DNA of 57,641 nucleotides, taken from Deltaproteobacteria bacterium (lineage in GTDB: Bacteria; Myxococcota_A; UBA9160; SMWR01). The notes under the pieces were generated by a model. The model worked only from the letters and a program-made list of their open reading frames with translations, did no database searches and was not told the origin of the DNA. Of the stretch, positions 28,303 to 37,688 are shown one piece after another; the first letter of the stretch is position 1; each line of letters starts with the position of its first letter. The stretch spans positions 1 to 57,641 of the forward strand of contig JAQBGU010000239.1 of assembly GCA_032128375.1 (NCBI GenBank), read 5' to 3'. The position numbers were made by a program, and so were the translations under genes.

Positions 28303-30284
28303 TGGACGCATTCGGATCGGCGGTGTGGGAGGTGCTGACCGCTGCAGGCGGGACGCTTGCGCTCACATTCATTGTCGGACTCGTATTGGGGATTGGAGCG
28401 CTCGCGCTGTTGTTCTTCGGGTCGGCTGTCATCGCACTCGAACATTTCGCGAGATCGGTCACCCGATGGCGGACCGTTGTCGCCGTCGCGCTACCGTGGT
28501 CGGGGCTGTTGGCCGTCTTCGTGATCTACCGCTATTTCCCCGAACTCCGTGAGCAGCCGTGGCGCGATTGGCTGCCCACATGGGCGGCAGCAACCCTGGC
28601 GGTCGCGGCGATGGTTGCGCTGGCCACAGGGGCGGTTCGCCTGGTCTTACTGAGGGTCTCGTCCCGCAACCTCACGACCGCGAGTCTGGTCATGCTGGGA
28701 TTGAGCTACGCGCTGATCGTCGGTGGAACCGACCGGTTCATCTACGCGCTGGCGCCCCCGGTATTTCTTGCAATCGCAGTGCTCGCACTGGCCTGGCGAC
28801 GACGCCGCCGGGAAGCGTCGGCCGCGACGATTACCGAAGCCGAGCGACTGTTGCGCCTGCTCGTCGGTGCGCTGCTGCCCGGAGCCGCGATCGCAGCGGT
28901 GATCTCTGGGCCGCAGGTCACGGCCGCAGTGGCCGGTGCCAGTGTGCTCTGGCTCTATGGCGTCGCGATTCTGATCGGGTTGTTCCCGTTGGCCGCTGCG
29001 GGCTTTCTCGAGGCGCGCGGCAGTGCGGAGTGGTTCATCGCGATCCGCTACCTGACCGCCAAACGACGCCAGACCTTCATCTCGATTATCACCGGAATCT
29101 GTGTCGTTGGGATTGCCGCCGGCGTGTGGCTGATCATCACGGTGTTGTCTGTGATGAACGGCTTCGAGCGCACCTGGCGTGACGAGATCATCGGCAACCG
29201 CGCGCATTTCACCATCCACCACAGTCTCGGACCGTTCGATGATTATGAGGCCGTACTCCGGAGGGTCCAGGCGGTGCCGGGAGTCGTCGCAGTCTCACCG
29301 GTTCTGGACGCGGAAGGAATGGTCCGCGGCCCTGGTGGACGCATCCTCGGTGTCCGCTTGCGCGGGATAGACCCGGAACGCGTCGCGACTGTCACCGACC
29401 TCGAAGCGGACATGGTGGCCGGTGAGCTTCGCGGGTTGCTTCCCGAAGAGTCGTCGAGTGGAGAGGACCCGGCAATCGTGATCGGCAGCGAGCTGGCGGC
29501 CTCGGTGGGCGCCGCGGTTGGCGACTCCTTGATGCTGATTTCTCCCTTTGGTGGGCCGCAGACCCCACTCGGACCGGCACCTCGGCTGTCGCGGTTTCGC
29601 GTCGTGGGTGTGTTCGAGTCGAGTTTCTTTCAGTATGACGAGATGTTCACCTTCGTGAACCTCGCCACGGTCCAGGATTTTCGCCGAACGGGCGACGTCA
29701 TCGACGGGATCGAAGTGCGCACGACCGACTTCTACCGATCGCGTCAGGTGGCCGCCGGCGTGCAACTCGAGCTGGGGTTTCCGTACTTCACTCGGGATTG
29801 GAAGGACTTCTTTCCGGCGTTCTTCCAAGCACTCAAGAGCGAGCGGATCATGATGTTCGTGTTGCTGACCATGATTGAGGTGGTCGCCTCGTTTGCGATC
29901 GTATCGACCCTCGTGATGATGATCATGGAGAAGTCGAGTGACATCGCGATTCTGAAAACGATGGGGGCCCGCGACGACATGATCGAACGGATCTTTGCGA
30001 TCGAGGGCACACTGATTGGCCTCGCCGGAATTGTGCTCGGTGTACTGGGCGGTGTCTCGGTTACGAGTCAGATCGCATGGGTCCAGAGCCAGATCGAGTC
30101 CATCGTCGGCATCGATACGCTGCCCGCGAGCGTTTACCAGTTTCACACACTTCCGGCCCAGCTCGACGCCGCGCAGATTGCGGTCGCGGTGGGAATCGCG
30201 ATGGTGCTCGCGTTGGGGGCTACGCTGTTGCCCAGTCGGCAGGGGGCGCAGCTCGACCCGGTAGAAGCGCTTCGTTACGAGTAG
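28302..30284 (+). CDS. lolE: Lipoprotein-releasing ABC permease (LolC/E family) with long hydrophobic N-terminal extension
   Basis: From residue ~243: EWFIAIRYL...FISIIT..., VLSVMNGF, DIAILKTMGA, LDPVEALRYE. Followed by lolD. Confidence 0.88.
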   Translation: MDAFGSAVWEVLTAAGGTLALTFIVGLVLGIGALALLFFGSAVIALEHFARSVTRWRTVVAVALPWSGLLAVFVIYRYFPELREQPWRDWLPTWAAATLAVAAMVALATGAVRLVLLRVSSRNLTTASLVMLGLSYALIVGGTDRFIYALAPPVFLAIAVLALAWRRRRREASAATITEAERLLRLLVGALLPGAAIAAVISGPQVTAAVAGASVLWLYGVAILIGLFPLAAAGFLEARGSAEWFIAIRYLTAKRRQTFISIITGICVVGIAAGVWLIITVLSVMNGFERTWRDEIIGNRAHFTIHHSLGPFDDYEAVLRRVQAVPGVVAVSPVLDAEGMVRGPGGRILGVRLRGIDPERVATVTDLEADMVAGELRGLLPEESSSGEDPAIVIGSELAASVGAAVGDSLMLISPFGGPQTPLGPAPRLSRFRVVGVFESSFFQYDEMFTFVNLATVQDFRRTGDVIDGIEVRTTDFYRSRQVAAGVQLELGFPYFTRDWKDFFPAFFQALKSERIMMFVLLTMIEVVASFAIVSTLVMMIMEKSSDIAILKTMGARDDMIERIFAIEGTLIGLAGIVLGVLGGVSVTSQIAWVQSQIESIVGIDTLPASVYQFHTLPAQLDAAQIAVAVGIAMVLALGATLLPSRQGAQLDPVEALRYE

Positions 30285-30293
30285 AGGTTTGCA

Positions 30294-30340
30294 AGTGAAT
30301 GGCATGAGTGAATCTCGACGAGTGAATGGTCATGAGTGAA
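30294..30340 (+). repeat. ~14-bp tandem repeat (AGTGAA x4) at the lolE/lolD junction
   Basis: AGTGAA at 30294, 30307, 30321 and 30335; AGTGAATGG(T)CATGAGTGAA occurs twice. Confidence 0.75.
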
Positions 30341-31012
30341 CCGCTGGTTCGCGCAGCCGCCCTGCGTAGGTCATTCAAGACTGGCGGAGGCGAGATCGAA
30401 GTACTCAGCGGAATCGATTTGACAATCGAGGTCGGTGAGACCGTCTCGATTGTCGGAACGTCGGGCGTCGGCAAGTCGACGCTGCTCCACATCCTCGGCG
30501 CCCTCGACCGGCCCACGTCCGGTTCGGTCGCGTTCAACGGCGAGGATGTATTCTCGAGGCCGACCGACGAGTTGGCCCGGTTTCGAAGTGAATCGCTCGG
30601 CTTCGTCTTTCAATTTCACCATTTGCTGCCCGAATTCAACGCGATCGAGAACGTGATGATGCCGGGCCTCATCGCGAACATGCCGTTCGACATCGTGCGG
30701 GAGCGCGCGATCGGCCTGCTCGAAGAGGTGGGTCTCGCGCACCGAATCGATCACCCCGTGGGGAAATTGTCTGGCGGTGAGCGACAGCGGGTAGCGGTCG
30801 CGCGTGCTGTGCTGCGAGAGCCCGCGCTGATTCTGGCCGACGAGCCGACTGGAAACCTCGACCCAAAGACCGGAGACCAGGTCCTTGGACTCTTGATGAA
30901 GCTGAACGAGACCCACAACAGTGGGCTCGTCGTCGTAACCCACAGCCCCGAGATCGCTGAGCGTTTCGGGCGACATTTGGTGATGACGGGCGGCGGTTCC
31001 CTGGAGGGTTGA
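30326..31012 (+). CDS. lolD: Lipoprotein-releasing ABC transporter ATPase
   Basis: GTSGVGKSTLLH, GFVFQFHHLLPEF, LSGGERQRVA, ADEPTGNLD. Start is 30326 or 30332. Confidence 0.92.
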   Translation: MVMSEPLVRAAALRRSFKTGGGEIEVLSGIDLTIEVGETVSIVGTSGVGKSTLLHILGALDRPTSGSVAFNGEDVFSRPTDELARFRSESLGFVFQFHHLLPEFNAIENVMMPGLIANMPFDIVRERAIGLLEEVGLAHRIDHPVGKLSGGERQRVAVARAVLREPALILADEPTGNLDPKTGDQVLGLLMKLNETHNSGLVVVTHSPEIAERFGRHLVMTGGGSLEG

Positions 31013-31238
31013 ACCAGCCCTGGCAGAGCGCCTCTCCAGTGTTCCTCTTCTCGCATAACCTACCGACAGAGAAGAGAAAATCCCTTCGCGCGGGACTTGT
31101 ATCAGAATGCGCAGAAGACTAGGATCCGGCCCTGAACTGCGGTCGTTGCGCCGCTCCATTCTCGCGTCGGCGGCGAGTCCGATTGACGTCACATGCGTAT
31201 CGTCGACAGTGTCTTCGACCCAGTGCGGGGGGGAAATA

Positions 31239-34200
31239 TTGCGCGCTGCAAGTTGCGCGGAAGCCATCCGGAGGTTGATCGCCACCGTGATGGTGTGTGC
31301 GATGGGACTGACGGTCGCCGATCAGAGTTCCGCCCAGAATTCTGCAGAGCAACCGGCCGCGGAACGCTCGGATCGCGCAGTCGTCGTGCTGCCGTTCCGT
31401 GTGCACAGCGCCAAGCCGGTCGACTACCTCGGTGAATCGCTTGCGAACTTGATTCGGACTCGCATCGAGGCGCGGGGCGGCGTTCGGGTGATCGAGGTCT
31501 CCGAGGCCATACCGGATGGCAGAGTTTCGGATGCTGCGCTGAGAGAAATCGGCGAACGTGCCGGAGCCGACATCATAGTCAGTGGCAGCCTGACGGAACT
31601 GGCCGGACAGTACAGTCTGGATGTTCGTGTCACACCGCGAGTGATCGGACTCCGCTCGCATACACTTGTGCTGACGGCCCGCCGTGATGACGAACTCTTG
31701 TCGCGCGTCAACGAACTCGCTGACCAGGTGCTCGACCAGGTCATCGGTGCAGAACCCGCGGTGATCGCGGAGGTTGGTTTGGTGGGACCAGCCGAAGTGA
31801 TCGGTGACCTCGAATCGAAGCTGACGACACGCGCCGGAAAGCCCTATTCACCGATCACCATCCGGGACGACTTGGCGATGCTCCGCGCGGCGCAAGGTGT
31901 TGCCAACGCGGTCGCAGAAATCGAACGCGGCCCGCAGGGCGTCAGTGTCCGATTCCAGCTCGTGGGTAGCCAGCGTATCCTGACGGAGGCGCCGCAAGGC
32001 GAGGCGACTGGGAAGCGGATCGCAGAGATTCGGATCCGCGGCAATCGGCGAATCGAATCGGACGCGATCAAGGCGCGTATCGGGACCAAGCCCGGCAACG
32101 TGTACAGCAAGAGCCAGGTCGCACGAGATCTGTCCGCTGTCCACCGGTTGGGGTTCTTTTCCAACGTTCGGGTCTTTCGCGAGGAGAGCGAGGAGGGCCT
32201 CGTCGTCATCTTTGAAGTCGATGAGAATCCTGTCGTTCGGCAGATTTCGATCTCTGGAAACGACAATCTGGGCAGCGATGACATCCGCGACATCCTGACA
32301 CTCACGACCGGTTCTTCGCTCGACTACCCGCTGTTGTATGAAAATCGCGCTCGGATCTCTGCGCTGTACCGAAACGCCGGTTACTACCTCGCGGAAGTCA
32401 GCTACGAGGTCGAGCCGCTCGGTGAGGCGTCGGTCAGCATCGATTTCGTCGTCACCGAAAACGAAAAACTCAAGCTTCGCGAGATCAACTTCGTCGGAAA
32501 CGAGGTATTCAGCGATCGGGAGTTGCGACAAGGATTTCAGACCAAGACGTGGAAGTTCTGGTCTCTCGCGACATCCTGGTTCGACCGATCAGGCACATAC
32601 TCCGAACCGTTGTTCATTCAGGACCTCCGACTCGTCGAAAAGAAGTATCACGAAGACGGCTATCCGCTGGCCGAGGTGGAACTTCCCGACGCACTGCCAG
32701 TTGAAGACGGGTTGGTCGTCACCGTCCAAATCAACGAGGGAAAACAGTTTTTTGTCGGTGGAATCGATGTGGCAGGTGATCCCACCGTCGACCTCGATCG
32801 GCTGCGTGAGAAGTTGAGACTCAAAGAGGGCGAGGTTTTCAATCGAACAGCGCTCACGGAAGACATCGAGTCATTGCGCCGTCACTACACCGAGCGGGGT
32901 TTTTTCCTCGCGGACGTGACGCCGCTTTCCGATCTGTCGGAAGAGAAACTTACCGTCGATGTGATCTTTCAGGTCGAAAAGGGCCCTCTGTACTTCATTC
33001 GCGAAATCGGTATTTCCGGCAATACCCGCACCGTCGATTCGGTCGTTCGCCGCGAGATACCGATCGTCGAGGGGCAGCTCTATTCGTCTCGAGCGGTTGA
33101 TATTGCGCGCACGCGGTTGCAGCGGCTGGGTTTCTTCGAGGAAGTCGAATTGCGACCCGAACAGCCGGACGACCCATTGGCGATTGATATCGACGTGGCG
33201 GTCGTCGAGCGGCCCACTGGCTCGTTCAGCTTCGGTGCGGGATTCTCATCCGGGAACTCGTTCACACTTCAGGGGTCACTCGCTGAGTCGAATCTCTTCG
33301 GACGCGGCTATGGGTTGAATGTGAATGGAAACATTGGCCTACAAAACCAACAGTACTACCTGCAGTTCACCGACCCGTACTTTCTGGGATCGAATTTCAG
33401 CCTGAGCGCCACGGTCTTCCGCAACTCGATCGACTTCGACGATTTCGAGCAGGACGCGACCGGCCTATCGCTCGTCTTCGGTCGCACGTTGAGCGAAGAC
33501 GGCCGCACCAGGGCATTTGCGAGATACAACCTGGACTTCCGTGAGGTGAAGCAGGACGACAATTTCAATGCTGGAGCCGCGTTGGTCCGCCGCGAAACAC
33601 TCGCCGGCTCCGAGACAACCAGTTCAGTGGGACTCGAGGTCAGCTCCGACTATCGAAACGATCGCCTCGCACCGACCGAGGGGTATCAACTCGGAGGCTC
33701 GCTCGAGTACGCGGGGTTGGGTGGCTTCGCGAAATTCGCTCGGTTCGAAGGCCGCGCTGCGTACTTCATCCCCGCCCCGTGGTGGCTACTGGACCGCTCT
33801 ACGTTCGTGCTGCGCGGCTCCCTCGGCTACGCGGCTACGTTCAACAAGGTTTCGGACTTCAAATTCGAGATTCCGACAGGTATCAAGGCGTTCGGGGGCG
33901 ACGACAACGTCCGGTCTCTCGATGAATTTGATCCGGACAGCACGCTGCCTCTGACGCAACGCTATTTCCTGGGGGGACTCGGCCAGTTCCAGCTCCGTGG
34001 ATTCAAGTCCCGGTCAGTCGGACCGTTACGGCCGATCCTCCAGCGGATTCCGGGTGACCGGGTCCCAGGGGGTCTCTACGTGCCGGTGAAGTACGACCCG
34101 TTTACGGGTACGTGCCGGGCAGCATGCAACGATCCCGACGCTACGGAATTTGACGAGTTCGTCGACCTCGACGATACCGACGTGATCGGTGGGAATAAGT

Positions 34201-34463
34201 TCATCACCGCCAGCGTCGAATACCGATTCCCGATTTCGGATACGATCGGCCTGCAGGGGATCCTATTCCTGGACACCGGAAACGCGTTCGCCGAGGGTGA
34301 AAGCATGCTCGATTTCGACAAGTGGCGTTGGGGGACCGGTGGCGGCGTACAGTGGTTCTCGCCGTTTGGACCGCTGACAGTGATCTTGGGCTTTCCCCTC
34401 GATCCGCTTCCGGGCGATGATTCGCCAGTCTTTGAATTTTCTGTTGGCGACCAGGGTTTCTAG
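31239..34463 (+). CDS. bamA: Outer-membrane protein assembly factor BamA with N-terminal extra domain
   Basis: Repeated POTRA patterns (I.I.GN...G..Y..), ERPTGSFSFGAGFS, LRGF motif, W.SPFGPL, C-terminal F. Start uncertain (TTG 31239 follows a G-rich RBS). Upstream of skp. Confidence 0.93.
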   Translation: MRAASCAEAIRRLIATVMVCAMGLTVADQSSAQNSAEQPAAERSDRAVVVLPFRVHSAKPVDYLGESLANLIRTRIEARGGVRVIEVSEAIPDGRVSDAALREIGERAGADIIVSGSLTELAGQYSLDVRVTPRVIGLRSHTLVLTARRDDELLSRVNELADQVLDQVIGAEPAVIAEVGLVGPAEVIGDLESKLTTRAGKPYSPITIRDDLAMLRAAQGVANAVAEIERGPQGVSVRFQLVGSQRILTEAPQGEATGKRIAEIRIRGNRRIESDAIKARIGTKPGNVYSKSQVARDLSAVHRLGFFSNVRVFREESEEGLVVIFEVDENPVVRQISISGNDNLGSDDIRDILTLTTGSSLDYPLLYENRARISALYRNAGYYLAEVSYEVEPLGEASVSIDFVVTENEKLKLREINFVGNEVFSDRELRQGFQTKTWKFWSLATSWFDRSGTYSEPLFIQDLRLVEKKYHEDGYPLAEVELPDALPVEDGLVVTVQINEGKQFFVGGIDVAGDPTVDLDRLREKLRLKEGEVFNRTALTEDIESLRRHYTERGFFLADVTPLSDLSEEKLTVDVIFQVEKGPLYFIREIGISGNTRTVDSVVRREIPIVEGQLYSSRAVDIARTRLQRLGFFEEVELRPEQPDDPLAIDIDVAVVERPTGSFSFGAGFSSGNSFTLQGSLAESNLFGRGYGLNVNGNIGLQNQQYYLQFTDPYFLGSNFSLSATVFRNSIDFDDFEQDATGLSLVFGRTLSEDGRTRAFARYNLDFREVKQDDNFNAGAALVRRETLAGSETTSSVGLEVSSDYRNDRLAPTEGYQLGGSLEYAGLGGFAKFARFEGRAAYFIPAPWWLLDRSTFVLRGSLGYAATFNKVSDFKFEIPTGIKAFGGDDNVRSLDEFDPDSTLPLTQRYFLGGLGQFQLRGFKSRSVGPLRPILQRIPGDRVPGGLYVPVKYDPFTGTCRAACNDPDATEFDEFVDLDDTDVIGGNKFITASVEYRFPISDTIGLQGILFLDTGNAFAEGESMLDFDKWRWGTGGGVQWFSPFGPLTVILGFPLDPLPGDDSPVFEFSVGDQGF

Positions 34464-34505
34464 TCTCAAGATTCGCCTTCTCACATTCGACATAGGAGTG
34501 AAGTC

Positions 34506-35027
34506 ATGAAGATCCACAAGGTATTTGTAATCTTGGCAGCGTTGGCGATTTTGGTCGCCGGCACGGCCGCACAAGACGAGCCGATCAAGATCGGCGTCGT
34601 CGACCTCGAGCAGGCCATCACCTCTACAGATGATGGGAAGGCCGCTCGCGAAGAACTGGCGCGAAAGCAACGCGAGGCAGAGGAGAAGCTGGCACCGCTG
34701 TACGAGCGCTACAAAGGCCTCGACGACGATATGAAGGCCAAGAAATTCGTGCTCTCGGATGAGGCGTTGTTTCAAAAGCAGCTCGATCTGGCCGAAATCC
34801 GCAACCAGATCGAGAACAAACTCAAGGAAATAGAAGGTCAGCTGAAGGTCGACAAAGTCCGCATCCAGGAGCCACTGGTAAACAAGTTGCGCGTCGTGAT
34901 CGAAGCCGCAGGTCGCGACGAGGGCTACACTTTGATTCTGCAGCGAGGCGCTGCAGGGGTGATTTACACCCGCGAAGCACTCGACATCACCGATTTGATC
35001 ATCACCAAGTACAACAAGCAGAAGTGA
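34506..35027 (+). CDS. skp: Periplasmic chaperone Skp/OmpH
   Basis: Signal peptide, KIGVVD, coiled coil, GYTLIL...DITD.II..YN; AGGAG RBS. Confidence 0.92.
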   Translation: MKIHKVFVILAALAILVAGTAAQDEPIKIGVVDLEQAITSTDDGKAAREELARKQREAEEKLAPLYERYKGLDDDMKAKKFVLSDEALFQKQLDLAEIRNQIENKLKEIEGQLKVDKVRIQEPLVNKLRVVIEAAGRDEGYTLILQRGAAGVIYTREALDITDLIITKYNKQK

Positions 35028-35034
35028 CCTCGTA

Positions 35035-35808
35035 GTGGATCAAATTCACCCTACTGCTGTGATCGACACGGGAGCCAAGCTCGCGGACGACGTGCGGATT
35101 GGACCCTATGCGGTGATCGGCGGGGGCGTCGAATTGGCTGCTGGCGTCGAAATCGGATCGCACGTGCACCTCGAGGGAAGCACGGTCATCGGGGCAGGCA
35201 CGCGCATTTTTCCGTTTGCGGTGATCGGTGCGGAGCCCCAGGTTCGCGGTTTTTCGGGTCCGACGGCGTCGCTGGTGATTGGGCGAAACAACGTGATCCG
35301 CGAGTATGCGGCGATTCACGTCGGCACCGTAGATGGCGGCGGTTGTACACGGATCGGTGATGACAATCTGATCATGAATAACGTTCATGTCGCGCACGAC
35401 TGCCAGATCGGCTCGCACTGCATCATCGCGACGTTCACAGCGCTTGCGGGCCATGTTGTCGTCGAAGACCACGTGGTATTCGGCGCAATGACCGGAGTTC
35501 ACCAGTTCGCGCGCGTCGGCGAGTCAGCTTTCACCGGAGCCAATTCGATGATCGCGAAGGATACTCCGCCGTTTTCGCGCGTTGCGGGCGATCGGGCGCG
35601 TTTCATGGGACTGAACACGATCGGCTTGAAGCGTCGCGATTTCGCAGCCGACACGATCGACGCGCTGCGCCACGCGTTTCATCTGCTGTTCCAATCGAAA
35701 CTGCGGCTCGAACCGGCGTTGGAACGGGTGGAAGAGGAGTGCGCGGGACCCGAAATCGGCCGATTGTTGTCGTTTCTGCGGACATCCGAGCGCGGCTTCA
35801 TCCGATAG
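35035..35808 (+). CDS. lpxA: UDP-GlcNAc acyltransferase LpxA
   Basis: IHPTAVI, hexapeptide repeats, HVAHDC, LAGHV, VHQF, GLN.IGLKRR. Confidence 0.95.
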   Translation: MDQIHPTAVIDTGAKLADDVRIGPYAVIGGGVELAAGVEIGSHVHLEGSTVIGAGTRIFPFAVIGAEPQVRGFSGPTASLVIGRNNVIREYAAIHVGTVDGGGCTRIGDDNLIMNNVHVAHDCQIGSHCIIATFTALAGHVVVEDHVVFGAMTGVHQFARVGESAFTGANSMIAKDTPPFSRVAGDRARFMGLNTIGLKRRDFAADTIDALRHAFHLLFQSKLRLEPALERVEEECAGPEIGRLLSFLRTSERGFIR

Positions 35809-35889
35809 CGCGAAGTCCGACGCAATGGTTCAACTTCTATCGCCAGGCTCTCGCTGGCGTTTGACTGCAGGCGCTCCTAGCGTATCGGG

Positions 35890-36732
35890 ATGAGCTTGGA
35901 TGTGCTGGGTCTGATCGCGGGTCGGGGGCGCTTCCCACTCGATGTCGCGCGCGCCGCTCGCGACAGGGGTCGCAACGTTGAGGCCATCGCGTTTCATGGC
36001 CAAACCGATCCTCGCATTGAAGCGGCAGCGACCCACGTCACCTGGCTGCATCTGGGAGAAGTCGATCGCGCAGTGGGTTCGCTCTTGGCAGCAGGGGTCA
36101 AAGACGCGGTGATGGTTGGAAAGGTCCCGAAGCTCGTGATGTACGATTCACAACACGAACTCGAGCTGGACGAACGTGCGACACGGCTGATCGGATTGCT
36201 CGCCGATCGGAAGGACGACTCGATCCTGGCTCTTGTCGCCGACCACCTCGAAAGCCAGGGGATTCGACTTCTGGGCCAAGCGGAATTGGTTCCCGAGTTG
36301 CTGGCTGGAGCTGGCCCACTAGGCGCTAGCCTGGGGACTTTCGGTGTCGCGGCCGATATCGAGTTTGGTTGGCCGATCGCGAAGGCCATCGCCGGTCTCG
36401 ATATCGGTCAAACGCTGGTCGTGCGCGATCGCGCCGTCCTTGCCGTGGAGGCAATCGACGGAACCGACGCTGCAATCGAGCGCGCTGGCAAGTTGGCCGC
36501 CGGCGCGTGTGTGATCAAGGTCGCAAAACCGTTCCAGGATGCCCGCTTCGATCTTCCGGCGATCGGCCTGCGAACCATCGAAACACTGCTCGCTGCGCGC
36601 GCGGCGGCACTCGCTTTCGAAGCCCACACTACCGTGGTCCTCGATCGCAAAGAAGTGATCGAGTTGGCCGATGCGAACGAAATTGCGCTGATCGGTATCG
36701 AGTCGATCGCAGAGACCGGGTCGAGATCGTGA
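35890..36732 (+). CDS. lpxI: UDP-2,3-diacylglucosamine pyrophosphatase LpxI
   Basis: GLIAG.G.FP, DIGQT.VV, AVEAIDGTD, KVAKP.QD.RFDLP.IG. Confidence 0.92.
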   Translation: MSLDVLGLIAGRGRFPLDVARAARDRGRNVEAIAFHGQTDPRIEAAATHVTWLHLGEVDRAVGSLLAAGVKDAVMVGKVPKLVMYDSQHELELDERATRLIGLLADRKDDSILALVADHLESQGIRLLGQAELVPELLAGAGPLGASLGTFGVAADIEFGWPIAKAIAGLDIGQTLVVRDRAVLAVEAIDGTDAAIERAGKLAAGACVIKVAKPFQDARFDLPAIGLRTIETLLAARAAALAFEAHTTVVLDRKEVIELADANEIALIGIESIAETGSRS

Positions 36733-37688
36733 GCGCGATCCGAATCCTCGTGATCGGCTGTGGCCACATGGGGCGCCGCCACGCCGAGAAGGTGGCGGCG
36801 CTTTCGCGAACAGAAGCCAGTGTGACTCTCGCGGGCGTCGCCGATCCGGATCTGGCGGCCGCCCGCGAAGTGGCCGAGAGGCTGGGAACACGATTCGCAG
36901 CCAACGCGGAGGAACTCTTTTCCGCGGCGGACGCGGCGATCGTCGCGATACCAACCGTCCATCATCACGCTGCGGTGCACGCTGCGCTTTCGGCGAATCT
37001 CGACGTGCTGGTCGAAAAGCCGATCGCGGCCACAGTCGATGAGGGCAAGCGTCTGTTGTCGCTCGCCCGGCGGCTCGATCGGGTGTTGCAGGTTGGACAT
37101 CAGGAATGGTTCAACCCCGCTCTTCGGGTGATTCGTGAGCGCATCCACAAGCCGCGTTTCGTCGAGGCTCACCGACTGAGCCCGTTCCCGGATCGAGCGA
37201 CCGATATCGATGTGGTGCGCGATCTGATGATTCACGACCTCGATATCCTGCAACAATTGATCGGATCTCCGCCCGAACGCATAGAGGCAATTGGAATTCC
37301 GGTGGTGACGCAACAGGTCGACATCGCGAACGCACGCGTCGTATTTCCAGGCGGATGCATCGCGAACCTGACCGCGAGCCGGGTTTCTGTGACTCCCATG
37401 CGGAAGATTCGATTCTTTCAGCGCGATGGCTATTTCTCGATCGATTTCTTGTCGCAATCGGTCTCGATCTTCCGCCGACTCGAAGGCAACGGCGTCGACG
37501 CGCCGCGGGTGGAGATCGAAGAATTGAAGATCGATCCCGACGACGCGCTCGTTGCGCAACTGCGCGCCTTCATCGATTCGATCCGCACGCGCACAACGTC
37601 GGTCGGCGACGGCCTGGATGCGTTGGGCGCTCTGGGAACCGCGATGCGCGTGATCGACTCGATGCCGCCGCTCGGAGATCTGCAGTGA
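36729..37688 (+). CDS. Gfo/Idh/MocA oxidoreductase, probable UDP-GlcNAc 3-dehydrogenase (GnnA-like)
   Basis: GCGHMG, VLVEKP, LQVGH, DVVRDLMIHDLD, ANLTASRVS. Located between lpxI and lpxB; GTG 36729. Confidence 0.8.
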   Translation: MSAIRILVIGCGHMGRRHAEKVAALSRTEASVTLAGVADPDLAAAREVAERLGTRFAANAEELFSAADAAIVAIPTVHHHAAVHAALSANLDVLVEKPIAATVDEGKRLLSLARRLDRVLQVGHQEWFNPALRVIRERIHKPRFVEAHRLSPFPDRATDIDVVRDLMIHDLDILQQLIGSPPERIEAIGIPVVTQQVDIANARVVFPGGCIANLTASRVSVTPMRKIRFFQRDGYFSIDFLSQSVSIFRRLEGNGVDAPRVEIEELKIDPDDALVAQLRAFIDSIRTRTTSVGDGLDALGALGTAMRVIDSMPPLGDLQ

